Assembly: GCA_965198175.1 (NCBI GenBank)
Contig: OZ240245.1
Span: forward strand, 1,248,001-1,312,000
DNA: 64,000 nucleotides
DNA from: Candidatus Poribacteria bacterium
GTDB lineage: Bacteria > Poribacteria > WGA-4E > PCPOR2b
Direction of reading: 5' to 3'
Positions within the stretch are counted from its first letter, which is position 1; each line of letters begins with the position of its first letter. The position numbers and the translations under genes were made by a program. Below, one piece after another: positions 1-10,026 of the stretch. The notes below the pieces were generated by a model. It was not told where the DNA came from and searched no databases. It saw only the letters and a program-made list of their open reading frames with translations.

Positions 1-306
1 TTAGCTGGCACGTTCGACGGCGAGGAGATGCTAATCTACGTCGACGGCTCCCCCGCGGGTCAGGCTCCGCCGTTCATAGCCGGTGAGGGGGGGATTCACC
101 AGAACGACTCCGACGTTTTTATTGGGTACGATAAGGTAGATGGCGGCTTCTTCTTCAACGGCCTCATTGATGAAGTCATCATACTGGACATTGCGCTTGC
201 CGAGAAGGACATCGTCACCTTGATGGAGGACGGCCTTAGACAAACGCTGGCGGTTTCGCCGGCGAGGAATCTCGCAACCCTTTGGGCAACTCTCAAGCGC
301 AGTTAG
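1..306 (+). CDS. LamG-like jellyroll domain protein, 3' part (5' end outside window)
   Basis: Frame open from base 1 (LAGTFDGEEMLIYVDG...IG...FFNGLIDEV) gives the LamG/ConA-like C-terminal strands; ends in AVSPARNLATLWATLKRS. Confidence 0.85.
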   Translation, partial: LAGTFDGEEMLIYVDGSPAGQAPPFIAGEGGIHQNDSDVFIGYDKVDGGFFFNGLIDEVIILDIALAEKDIVTLMEDGLRQTLAVSPARNLATLWATLKRS

Positions 307-392
307 CACTGAACCGTGAAAGCCGCGTCGAGCCTGTGACCATGAGCAATTGACTCTTCGGAACGAGTAGCTAGCTTGGAAGGACGATCTGG

Positions 393-1187
393 GTGCGATT
401 CGACCAGTCTCTCATCGTTTTCATCCTGGTTGCGGTAGCCAACCCGACGTTCGGTGCCGTGGCCGATGGCATCATCTCCGTCTGGACGTTCGATGACGGA
501 ACAGCGCGCGATCTTTACGGCCGCAATGATGGGATTTTGCACGGCGGTGTGCGGTTCGCGGAAGGCAAGAACGGTCAAGCTGCGGACCTCGACGGACTCT
601 TTGCCTACGTCGAAGTGCCGCATAACAACTCTCTCGAACCCCTCGCACATGAATTGACCATCTGTGCGTGGGTGTACGTGCGGGATACCGGCCGCAGCGC
701 AGGCATATGGAAGGGGGAGATGATCGAGGGGGGACCGCACTACTTGTTTCGTATCAGTTTTGCGGCTGAGAACCAAGTCGGGCGGATGGGATGGGGCGGC
801 AACACGGGTGCTGCGAGGGGCGAGGGAGCGTTCTTTTCGGACGAGGACTACGAACGCCGATGGATGCACGTGGCGGAGGTACTCAATGGAGATACGATTC
901 AGGCTTATGTGGATTTCCAGCCCGTACTCGCGGAGCCAAAGCGGCTCAATGCGCCCTACGCGCTCTTTCCTAAAGAACCGATCCGGATCGGGATGTCCCA
1001 AGGGATTGCAGGTGTTTTGGGCAATAAGACGTACCTCGACGGCATGATTGACGAGGTCGCGCTCTGGGGGCGGGGGCTGTCGAACGAGGAAATCGCGCAA
1101 CTGGGAGATCTCCGCAGGTTCTTGGCAGTCTCGCCGGCGAGGACGCTTGCAGCCTCGTGGGGCGCCGTGAAGGCGTACATGCAATAG
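393..1187 (+). CDS. Secreted LamG-like jellyroll domain protein
   Basis: Signal peptide; WTFDDG, G.FAEGKNGQA, LTICAWV, WMHVA, YLDGMIDEVALWGRGLS motifs; C-terminal AVSPARTLAASWGAVK. Confidence 0.88.
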   Translation: MRFDQSLIVFILVAVANPTFGAVADGIISVWTFDDGTARDLYGRNDGILHGGVRFAEGKNGQAADLDGLFAYVEVPHNNSLEPLAHELTICAWVYVRDTGRSAGIWKGEMIEGGPHYLFRISFAAENQVGRMGWGGNTGAARGEGAFFSDEDYERRWMHVAEVLNGDTIQAYVDFQPVLAEPKRLNAPYALFPKEPIRIGMSQGIAGVLGNKTYLDGMIDEVALWGRGLSNEEIAQLGDLRRFLAVSPARTLAASWGAVKAYMQ

Positions 1188-1796
1188 GCATCGCAGTCGT
1201 CGGATTTCCTTTCATATTAGGAGCGAAGCCTCATACCTACGACGTTCCTTTTTCCCTACTACACTCGATGCAGCACTATCCATGCACTCCTTAGGTCCCT
1301 TATGCTAGGTCATGCCCTTCCGGAACTTCCCGCCTGCCATCCGTATCAGACATACCCAGCCCATTTGAAATGCGTCAGAGAGTATACTCGCGCATCGGAT
1401 TATCACCCCTCCTATTGCCACCAGACTCACATTTTAACGTGAGTTCGATATATAAGGATGTAGACCACAAGCAGATCTATGAGGGGACGAGTGTGTGAGC
1501 CAGCGAGTGTGTGGATTTCCCCGCTCCTACGTTATCAATATCTGCACCAACACTCGCTTCTTAAGTCGAAATGACGTAAGTCAGCTGCTCACATCTTTTT
1601 AAGGCTTACTCCGATTGGATTGTTCTTGCTCGGCATTCGGTAACCGGAGCGTTGCCGCAACACGACTTAAGTAGGCGGACATAAATTTTGGTAGATAATT
1701 GTAGCGGCTAGTGATAAAATAGTTTTCTGACTGTAGGTGCAATTTTTGACGTAATCTTAACGGCAATGCAGTACCCTTTTTCTGCGGGAAAGCCTC

Positions 1797-2486
1797 ATGG
1801 ATTTGAAAGAAGCCAAAATTCGGATTGAGGATGAAGGCTATTGTGTGTTGGAAAATCAACTAGAACCGCGTGAAGCCGAGCGTCTTGATGCACTAGCGCG
1901 CCCCTTCATGGACCACAATGAGGGGTATATCAACCTGGAGGGCGCGCTCAACTATATCCCCGAACTCGCGCCGTTGTGTATTCATCCCCCCATGCTTGAA
2001 CTTGCGGAGCGCATTCTCGGCGTGGGTTTTGTCCTACCAAATGTCTGCATGAAGTGGTGTAAACCCGGGGCGGGGGCTGGAGGGCTGCATGCGGATTGGC
2101 CGCTAGGGGACATGCAGAAGCCGTGGCCCAAATCACCGACACTGATTCAAGTCTTCTGGATGCTCACGGATTTCACGGCGGAGAACGGCGCTACCCGCGT
2201 AGTGTCTTTCAGTCACCATACAAGACGAGCCCCAATGCCGGATCGAACGTATTCACAGGAGATACCTGTGGTTGGGAAAAAGGGATCTTTACTCATCTTC
2301 CACAACAACCTCTGGCATCGGAGTGGCGCTAATACCACCTATGACCAGCATCGTATGGTTATGAATACCGGCTACATCCCCTGGTTTATCGACCGCCCGA
2401 AAGAAACCTGGCCCCTGGTGAAGCGTGAAATCTATGACCAATTACCGCCTCGTTTGCAAGAGTTGCTGGGCCGTTCCGTTGAATGA
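1797..2486 (+). CDS. Phytanoyl-CoA dioxygenase (PhyH) family Fe(II)/2-oxoglutarate dioxygenase
   Basis: DEGYCVL, LHAD (HxD), LTDFTAENGAT, SH, LWHRSGAN (distal His). Confidence 0.88.
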   Translation: MDLKEAKIRIEDEGYCVLENQLEPREAERLDALARPFMDHNEGYINLEGALNYIPELAPLCIHPPMLELAERILGVGFVLPNVCMKWCKPGAGAGGLHADWPLGDMQKPWPKSPTLIQVFWMLTDFTAENGATRVVSFSHHTRRAPMPDRTYSQEIPVVGKKGSLLIFHNNLWHRSGANTTYDQHRMVMNTGYIPWFIDRPKETWPLVKREIYDQLPPRLQELLGRSVE

Positions 2487-2542
2487 TGATCGCGGAGTTA
2501 AGCATCGCACCGGCACCGCATAATTGAGGGAGAGCCACTAAA

Positions 2543-4789
2543 ATGAAAACTGCGGTTTTGACCTCGCTAATTGCCATTTTGAACGTTGTTTTGTCAAATC
2601 CCCAACCCGTCTCTTGCCAACCCGACAAGATGAGTCTAAAGAAAAATGTGGCATGGGCGATTCCTGTGCAGAACATAGTAGTCGTGGTGAGTGAAGCGCC
2701 AACAGATCTCGAATCATACGCATCAAATGAATTGGTCAAATACCTCAGACTGCTTTTCGACATCAGCATATCTAAGGAACATGGGCGAAACCTTGCGGAA
2801 GATTCGGCACACCAGCCAGCAATAATCCTCGGCACTCCGCAATCGAATCCATTACTGGTGGAATTATTGACGCGTGACCGCGTTCCGTTTGATGAAGAAG
2901 ATCCGGGCGACGATGGTTATGTCATAAAGAGCGCAACCTATAAAAACCAAAATGTTGTCCTCATTGGTGGGAGTAATGAAAATGGTGTGTTATATGGGGT
3001 GTACGAATTCTTGCAACTGTACGGCATTAGGTTTTACTCAACTGGCGATGTCCTGCCTGATAACCCAAACCCGTTTTCACTTCCAGTTCTAGATTTCAGG
3101 GAGAAGCCCTACTTTAGAATAAGGGGTCTGAACAACTTCCTGAACATGGACGTGATTGACTACACGAAGGAACAGCCGGCTGATTATCCTTTCAAAGAAT
3201 CATATATGGATTATGGGTTTGTGCAGTGGAATGATTATGCGCGGTTTTTCGATCAGATGGCAAAATTGAGATTTAACTATATTCACTTCGGCTTAAATTA
3301 CATCTATTTGCCAGGACACGACTTCATCCCGCAGTATTGGCATTTTAAGTATAAGGGGTTGGGAACGGACGAACTAGAAACCTCAAAAAATGAAATTGTC
3401 CTCCGGCAAGCAATGGCTTATGCAAAAAAAAGGGGATTTACGGTTGCCGTTGGCATTGATTTGACAAACGTGCCGCCTGAGATACGGGACAATTTTGGAG
3501 AGTTGAGCGATAAAGAAACCCCCGATTGGCGGGATGCGACAGATCTGGTGCTTCAAGAGATGGAAAGGATGAAGGTCAGAAGGTTGAGAGAAACCTTTCC
3601 AGATGCGGATTATCTCTTTGTGTGGTCGGGGGAGGCGCCCGCACCGTGCGGTAATTCGGACTGCGTTGGTTTCATCGATCAATACAGAGATGTGTATGGA
3701 ATTGACTATGATTCGCTAAGAAAAGGCGGGTATCATCTCACAGGTTATGAGCGGTTTGAACATGTCGCTCTACTAAATGAATCCTTGTTAAAACATCCTG
3801 AGTTTTTGACATCTCTGCAACCGGCACATCTTGGGTTCGGCGCTACGGGCATGACTAGTCTGTATCCTTTTCTGGATCAAATAATACAGTCGGATATGAT
3901 TGTTTTGACCAACTTTTCACACTCAGATTGGGCGTTGCCCGATAGAATAGACGACGCTGCTCCGGTGTTCACGGGTTCATACGACAGGATTTTCAATACG
4001 GCGATTGGCTTTGATATGATCCAGGACCATCCGCAGGGCGGGGTCATCCCAGCGAGATTGGGGTTTATCAAAGCAATTCAACACGGTTTTGATGGATTTC
4101 ACGCGGGGTATTGGCGGTTATGTGGATACGAGCATCTTGCAAGCTACATATCAATAGCAAGTTGGAACCCTACGATAACAGAAGAAGATTTCTTCAGAGA
4201 CTTTGTGACGAACTTCTACGGCGTTCATGGAAAAGGGGTTGATGACCTAGTGAAAGCCTATTTTCTACTTGAAAGTCATTCATGTTTATTAAACTTGCCG
4301 TACGGCACCTTTGGTCCACATCTGAAGGATTCGATTCACAAGGAATACATTCAACCGATACTAGAAAAGTACGGAGATCAATTTGATTATCAGAAGAATC
4401 CATATTCTTATTCTAGCAGGGGGGCGATGGAACAAGTATTGGCGCTTTTTCAATCTGCATCGAGTTTTGTTAATACCGATGGGGGCAGAAAAAGGATAAA
4501 AGCCTACATTTCCAATGAACTCCAAAGGATCATGGCCGACGAGGAATTGATGTATAATTTTTATCGAAGAGTGGAATCACTTAAAGCGGAATTTGCCGCA
4601 GCAGAACACGCCGGAGATAAGAAGGAAGTTAGCGCCCAACTTGAGCAGGTGTTGCATGCGGCGGTAGATTCGAGAATTTCCCAACACCGAGGGTGGTGGC
4701 CCAGTATTTCAGGGTATATGCACGACTACGGGACTAAAATCTTGGGAAAATTTGGCGAGGAACTGTCTGACAACGTAATCGACGATTGA
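2543..4789 (+). CDS. Secreted glycoside-hydrolase-like protein with GH67/GH20-type N-terminal domain; catalytic family unassigned
   Basis: Signal peptide; YASNELVKYL...DGYVI...IGG..NGVLYGVYEFL...PYFRIRG N-domain pattern, then a barrel-like region (FFDQMAKLRFN, YAKKRG). Confidence 0.6.
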   Translation: MKTAVLTSLIAILNVVLSNPQPVSCQPDKMSLKKNVAWAIPVQNIVVVVSEAPTDLESYASNELVKYLRLLFDISISKEHGRNLAEDSAHQPAIILGTPQSNPLLVELLTRDRVPFDEEDPGDDGYVIKSATYKNQNVVLIGGSNENGVLYGVYEFLQLYGIRFYSTGDVLPDNPNPFSLPVLDFREKPYFRIRGLNNFLNMDVIDYTKEQPADYPFKESYMDYGFVQWNDYARFFDQMAKLRFNYIHFGLNYIYLPGHDFIPQYWHFKYKGLGTDELETSKNEIVLRQAMAYAKKRGFTVAVGIDLTNVPPEIRDNFGELSDKETPDWRDATDLVLQEMERMKVRRLRETFPDADYLFVWSGEAPAPCGNSDCVGFIDQYRDVYGIDYDSLRKGGYHLTGYERFEHVALLNESLLKHPEFLTSLQPAHLGFGATGMTSLYPFLDQIIQSDMIVLTNFSHSDWALPDRIDDAAPVFTGSYDRIFNTAIGFDMIQDHPQGGVIPARLGFIKAIQHGFDGFHAGYWRLCGYEHLASYISIASWNPTITEEDFFRDFVTNFYGVHGKGVDDLVKAYFLLESHSCLLNLPYGTFGPHLKDSIHKEYIQPILEKYGDQFDYQKNPYSYSSRGAMEQVLALFQSASSFVNTDGGRKRIKAYISNELQRIMADEELMYNFYRRVESLKAEFAAAEHAGDKKEVSAQLEQVLHAAVDSRISQHRGWWPSISGYMHDYGTKILGKFGEELSDNVIDD

Positions 4790-7599
4790 ATTTAGCAATG
4801 GTTAATTCGCGTGATCAGGAAACAGTTGGAATCGGTGGAGAGAACGGGTTTTCGGCTCAGCCGGGACGAGTGCGCCCAATGTGGCGGTCAAAGCTCCGAC
4901 GCTTGATACGGTTGGACGGGGAGTGGACATTTGCAGTTGATGCCGAGGACATAGGCGAGAGGGACGAATATTATGTTGATCCGAGCCGATTTGTAGACCG
5001 AGTTCAAGTCACCGGGAATTGGAACGCCCAAGGGGTGGGAGGAATCGCGACTTCATCGTTCAAGGCGCAAGCTACAGGGCCAATGAAACCGGCGCTGCAT
5101 GTTAAACTGAGAGGCAGCTATTTTGGAACTGCTTGGTATTGTCGGCACGTGAAGATACCCGCGGACTGGCGAGGGAGCCGCGTGTTCCTCACCTTTGGTG
5201 GCATTATGCCGAATCTACGACTTTGGCTCAATGGACGAATCGTTGCGGCGCGCTCAGCGAATGGAACCCCGATACGGTTTGATGTAACCGACTGGATTGC
5301 GTACGGCGAAGAAAACTCTATTGTCGTGAAGATTGACAACCGCGAGGAAAACATGGCACTGTTCAGCCACCTGAATCATTATTCACGCTGGGGTGGTCTG
5401 TATCACAGTGTTGAGCTCGAAGCAATTAGCTCCATCTGGATACAGTCTCTGCGCGTGATTCCGGACATTGACGCCGAAACTGCGCGGGTGTCGATTCGTG
5501 TTTTGAACGCTACATCTGCGACATTCACGGGCGAACTCCGAATCGTGGTGACGAGTTTGACTGACGGGGAACGGTTTACTGCGGAAGCGAGACTTGACTT
5601 ATCAGCGAATCAGGCGACGGAAGTTACAGCATCGGTGAAGATCCAGCCGGTTCGCCTATGGTCTCCCGAGCAACCGGAATTGTATCGCATCGATTCGGAA
5701 CTTTGGATTGCCGAGGATTCGGTGGATTCGTATTCAGATCGGTTTGGTATGCGTAAGTTGGAAGACCGGGAAGATAAAGTGTATTTGAACAACCGCCCGT
5801 TTTACATTCGTGGCCAGCACTGCAATTGGTTCTGTGCGCGGACGCTTTCTCCGCCTGTCGACAGAGGGGAATGGAGGCGATACCTCTCCAAGTTCGTGGC
5901 ATACGGCTACAACTACCTTCGTACACCGTGGATTCTGCCGGACGAATTTTTCCAGATTGCGGACGAGATTGGGATTGCTGTCCAACCTTCACTCGACTAC
6001 GTGAACAACAATCCAAAGTTTGCGTCGTATGGGGATGAACTTCTCGCGCGTCAACTCTCGGAAGTGGTTAGTTGCTTCTTTAACCATCCTAGTTTGTTCA
6101 CCTACGAACTGAGCAATGAAACATGGGAAGGGAATCCACGAGTCACACGTCTTTATCATCTAGCCAAAAAGTGGGATTCCACACGGTTCGCAATGGATTC
6201 CGACGGCGTGTGGCCGGACAATCCGCCCCGACGAACAAACGACCTCCGTCTCGTCCACCCTCACAATCATGGCAAATCTTGGCAGGAATACATGGAAGAA
6301 ACATCCGAAGTACATCCAGAGGACAAACTCAAGCCGGTGGTTATGCATGAATACCTGAATCTACCTACACTGCCCGATGTTGGAACCATCCCGGCTTATT
6401 CGGGAGGGATGGTTGCGCCAACCTACCTTCGAGAAATGCAGGATTGGTTGGAGGGAGAAGGGCTTCTCAAAGACTTTCCGCGGTATTTGCGTAGTTCCTA
6501 CGCCCTGCAAGCAATGTATACTAAGGAGGGTATAGAGATTTGTCGCAAGCATCCACACAGGGGTGGTTACAGCAATTGTGCATGGAGCGATACGACACCG
6601 AATGCAATGACCTGGGGAGTGCTCAATCAGTTTCTTGAAAAGAAGGGGACGACTGCGGTGGAAAGTCGACGCTACAATGGCGCATCTGTTCTTCTTGTGA
6701 ATCTTCCGACGAGTGGTCGCAGCGGTTCGCGGGTCATTCCGAACTATACATACTATATGGACGAAGATGTCGACGTGGAATTCCTCGCCCACGATTTCTC
6801 TGTATTTCCCATCCGCAAGGGCCGTTTGGATTGGACGCTTGATAGCGATGGTGAAGTGTTGGCTGCAGGTGCGTTTGAGTCTGTTGATGTACCTCCTTAT
6901 TCGCTTTCCACGTGTGGACAAACAACGATACCAGCCGTGCGCCGTTCTCATCCCTGCAGAACGGAGTTGACCGTTCGATTTGAGGCAGAAGAGAAGGTTC
7001 TCAAAAATCGGTGGCCGCTCTGGTTCTTTCCGAAGCCTGAACCCGCAGGCTTGGAAACCGAGAGGATTTTTGTCGGTGAGCACGTTCGCCCGGCATTGCA
7101 GCGTCTCTTACCTTCAAAACGGTTTGCAGATTCGCTTAACGACGCAACATTGGCAGTCGTGTCAGAACTACATCTGGTGCGTGATTATTTGGATTTGGGT
7201 GGACATGTCCTCATGCTATCGGTTGGGAATTTTTCGCATGTGCAAACGGGGTTCTGGCCAGGTTGGTATGTGTCCGGAAATCGTAATCTCGGAGCCGTCG
7301 TCGCGCACCACCCTGCGCTGGGGGATTTTCCGCACGATGGATATGCTTCGTGGCAATTCCGCTTTCTCCTAGACCAAGCGGTGTTCCCGCTCGAAAGCGA
7401 CATCGCTATTAAGCCCGTCGTCTCCGGAATTATTCGTTGCACGCGGGACACCAAAGCGCTTCCAAGATTGGCTGCTCATTTGTTCGGAGCCAAGGTGGGT
7501 GCTGGTTTTCTATTGGGGACAGGGATGCGCTTGCTTGAAGCTCGGCCTGAAGCGGAATATCTGCTGGATTGCCTCATTCGTTATCTCATGAAGCATTGA
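4786..7599 (+). CDS. Glycoside hydrolase family 2 protein
   Basis: LDGEWTF, AWY, LTFGG, LWSPEQPELY, FGMR, YLNNRPFYIRG, NHPS...NE (acid/base), PVVMHEY (probable nucleophile); start may be ATG 4798. Confidence 0.85.
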   Translation: MNLAMVNSRDQETVGIGGENGFSAQPGRVRPMWRSKLRRLIRLDGEWTFAVDAEDIGERDEYYVDPSRFVDRVQVTGNWNAQGVGGIATSSFKAQATGPMKPALHVKLRGSYFGTAWYCRHVKIPADWRGSRVFLTFGGIMPNLRLWLNGRIVAARSANGTPIRFDVTDWIAYGEENSIVVKIDNREENMALFSHLNHYSRWGGLYHSVELEAISSIWIQSLRVIPDIDAETARVSIRVLNATSATFTGELRIVVTSLTDGERFTAEARLDLSANQATEVTASVKIQPVRLWSPEQPELYRIDSELWIAEDSVDSYSDRFGMRKLEDREDKVYLNNRPFYIRGQHCNWFCARTLSPPVDRGEWRRYLSKFVAYGYNYLRTPWILPDEFFQIADEIGIAVQPSLDYVNNNPKFASYGDELLARQLSEVVSCFFNHPSLFTYELSNETWEGNPRVTRLYHLAKKWDSTRFAMDSDGVWPDNPPRRTNDLRLVHPHNHGKSWQEYMEETSEVHPEDKLKPVVMHEYLNLPTLPDVGTIPAYSGGMVAPTYLREMQDWLEGEGLLKDFPRYLRSSYALQAMYTKEGIEICRKHPHRGGYSNCAWSDTTPNAMTWGVLNQFLEKKGTTAVESRRYNGASVLLVNLPTSGRSGSRVIPNYTYYMDEDVDVEFLAHDFSVFPIRKGRLDWTLDSDGEVLAAGAFESVDVPPYSLSTCGQTTIPAVRRSHPCRTELTVRFEAEEKVLKNRWPLWFFPKPEPAGLETERIFVGEHVRPALQRLLPSKRFADSLNDATLAVVSELHLVRDYLDLGGHVLMLSVGNFSHVQTGFWPGWYVSGNRNLGAVVAHHPALGDFPHDGYASWQFRFLLDQAVFPLESDIAIKPVVSGIIRCTRDTKALPRLAAHLFGAKVGAGFLLGTGMRLLEARPEAEYLLDCLIRYLMKH

Positions 7600-7708
7600 C
7601 GGTGCAATAGTAACTAATGACGTGTTCCATTAGTTACCGACGAAATTTGTTGTGTGTACTCTATAACTATGAGAAAATAGAAAGGAAAATACCCGAGGGA
7701 GATTTGAG

Positions 7709-8545
7709 ATGAAATTGGAAGGAAAAACTGCATGGGTAACCGGCGCTGGTTCTGGGATGGGAAAAGCCGTGGCGACACTTTTTGCATCTGAAGGGGCGAA
7801 TGTGGTTCTGGCAGAAATGGACGAGGAACGAGGGGAGAAAGTCACTCGCGATATATTGAAGCAGGGAGGACGGTCTGTATTTGTGAAAACCAATGTAGCG
7901 GTTGAGGAAGATGTGAAAACAAGCATCAAGGCCGCCCTTGACTCTTATGGGAAACTGGATATCGTCATCAACAACGCAGGGTTGGGGGCGAACTGCCCCT
8001 CATGGGAAGATGTGATTCGCGTGAATGTACAAGGAGTTTATTATGGGTGCAAACACGGTATAGAAGCCATGCTCAAAGAAGAGGGCGGCACAATCATCAG
8101 TACCTCCACGGCATGGACAGTCTATGACGAGGATGACCAGGCCGCCTCGAGACTAAAGACCGCAATGAAGGAGGAACTTGATGACTGGGCGCAATCGCTT
8201 ATCGGACTTGTAAACGATTCAATGGCAGCTTATCTATTATCCAAGCGTATGGTCAATCACATCACTAGATACTTCGCAATGGAGACAGCAAAACGCAACG
8301 TCCGCGTCAATGCTATTGCCCCCGGTTGGGTAACGACGGAAGGTATGGGGCGCCCGCTCACAGAATCCGAGGAGGCCTACAAGAAACACTCTGCCGTTAT
8401 GCCGATGAACCGATTGGCAACCCCGGAGGAGATTGCGAGAGTAGATCTCTTTTTGGTTTCAGATGATGCCTCCTTTATTACGGGCGCCATTCTGCCGGTT
8501 GATGGCGGATACTCTGCGTCCCAAAGGCTGCAAGCTGGGAATTAA
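7709..8545 (+). CDS. Short-chain dehydrogenase/reductase
   Basis: TGAGSGMG, NNAG, YLLSK (YxxxK), RVNAIAPG, ITGAILPVDGG. Confidence 0.92.
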   Translation: MKLEGKTAWVTGAGSGMGKAVATLFASEGANVVLAEMDEERGEKVTRDILKQGGRSVFVKTNVAVEEDVKTSIKAALDSYGKLDIVINNAGLGANCPSWEDVIRVNVQGVYYGCKHGIEAMLKEEGGTIISTSTAWTVYDEDDQAASRLKTAMKEELDDWAQSLIGLVNDSMAAYLLSKRMVNHITRYFAMETAKRNVRVNAIAPGWVTTEGMGRPLTESEEAYKKHSAVMPMNRLATPEEIARVDLFLVSDDASFITGAILPVDGGYSASQRLQAGN

Positions 8546-8838
8546 GCCGGACCAATTCAATTTTCGCACTGATGTTGCTGCCACACAGGCGGATGCGCGT
8601 TGCATCTGAAAAGTCAGCGTATAGTGCTGGTAAGGGTAATAATCTTTGATCGTTTGATAAATGTATGCGATGTGCAATTGCAACCCCCAAAGACCTGTAG
8701 TTCAGCGATACAGTGCCTGTGCTAACTGGACAAGCCGCCGTCACTATCAGGTTCCAAAGCGCGATAAATCACGTAACTACGGGCGAGGTGCGTAATTCCG
8801 GTTTGGAAAAATCGTGAAAATCAGCACGAGGAGTAACA

Positions 8839-10008
8839 ATGAAGGTTAATCCACAACATTTGATGGACGATGGCTATATCGTTATACGGGAGTGCATTCC
8901 GCGAGATCAGTTGGACGCCCTGCGCGATAATTATGAGACCCTAGTTGAACGCCAAGGTGGTCAATCTTGGTTAGCCACGAGTGCTCAGCCGAGGCTGGCG
9001 GCGCATAGCTTAGTTGACGAAGCCACTGCGAATACGGTTGAAATTTGGTTGCACGAAAACACCTTAGGTGTCAGCCAACAACTGCTGTGCCTGCCAGAAG
9101 CGGGAGTCACACGAATGTGGATGATGTGTAGTCCGACCCATGACCACGGGGCCTCTAACTGGCACCGAGATGTCCACCCCATTGATATGGCGCCACTACA
9201 GGCGCTCCAGATGGACATGCTAGAAAATATGCCCAGGTATCTTCAGTGGAACATCCCGCTCTACGATGATGACGTTTTTTGGGTGGTGCCCGGAAGTCAT
9301 CGCCGCCTGAATACGGACGCGGAGAACCAGCAGTTACTTGATAATACACGAGTGCCCTTGCCGGATAGTGTCCCTGTGAATCTCAAAGCGGGCGATGGGG
9401 TCGTGTATAGCAACTTCTTGCTGCACTGGGGCAGCAACTATAGCACGAACCTGAGACGTACACTGCATGGAGGGCATTCTATTTTCACACACTATCCGGA
9501 TCTGGGATTCACAAAGTCGCTTTCACCCGGCGCACGAGAACTGTTTGAAGGCTGGGCACGGCGAAGTGCAACACTGCAGAACTTGACGGAATCAGCGCTT
9601 CGGGCAATCCTCGACAGAGATGCGGGCGCTTATCGTGAAGCCCTCGAAGGAATCCAGCCGGGCGCTGGGGAAAGGGGCAAGCTAGTATTGACTATATATC
9701 TCTGCAAAGCGGCGTATCACATACATATCTTGAAACGCTCGGACTTCGATAGTCTGCCCGAGGAAGTTCGTAGGCGTGCTAGTGGGGAACACATGATTAC
9801 CCTCAACTGGGGACCGGAATTCAGCAATCGATTCTCACAAGTGGAGGCTGATACGCTCTGGAAGCGATTCGAGACTTTGGACAAAAGACTCCAGGGGGGC
9901 CAAGAGTGTTTCGTACCGGGTTTTCAGTCGGGGCCAATGCGCTACTTTTTCGAAGAGATGCCTACTGATTTCGGCGTAGAAGAGTTTATTGCTAGTTGGG
10001 ACACTTAG
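8839..10008 (+). CDS. PhyH family dioxygenase with C-terminal extension
   Basis: DDGYIV, WHRD, WVVPGSH, LKAGD, LLHWG. Confidence 0.82.
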   Translation: MKVNPQHLMDDGYIVIRECIPRDQLDALRDNYETLVERQGGQSWLATSAQPRLAAHSLVDEATANTVEIWLHENTLGVSQQLLCLPEAGVTRMWMMCSPTHDHGASNWHRDVHPIDMAPLQALQMDMLENMPRYLQWNIPLYDDDVFWVVPGSHRRLNTDAENQQLLDNTRVPLPDSVPVNLKAGDGVVYSNFLLHWGSNYSTNLRRTLHGGHSIFTHYPDLGFTKSLSPGARELFEGWARRSATLQNLTESALRAILDRDAGAYREALEGIQPGAGERGKLVLTIYLCKAAYHIHILKRSDFDSLPEEVRRRASGEHMITLNWGPEFSNRFSQVEADTLWKRFETLDKRLQGGQECFVPGFQSGPMRYFFEEMPTDFGVEEFIASWDT

Positions 10009-10026
10009 GGGACGCTTGTAGAAGTA

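Noticed and set aside
303..1184. 293-aa minus-strand ORF and the many other antisense ORFs in the track
   Set aside because: Shadows of well-supported genes on the opposite strand
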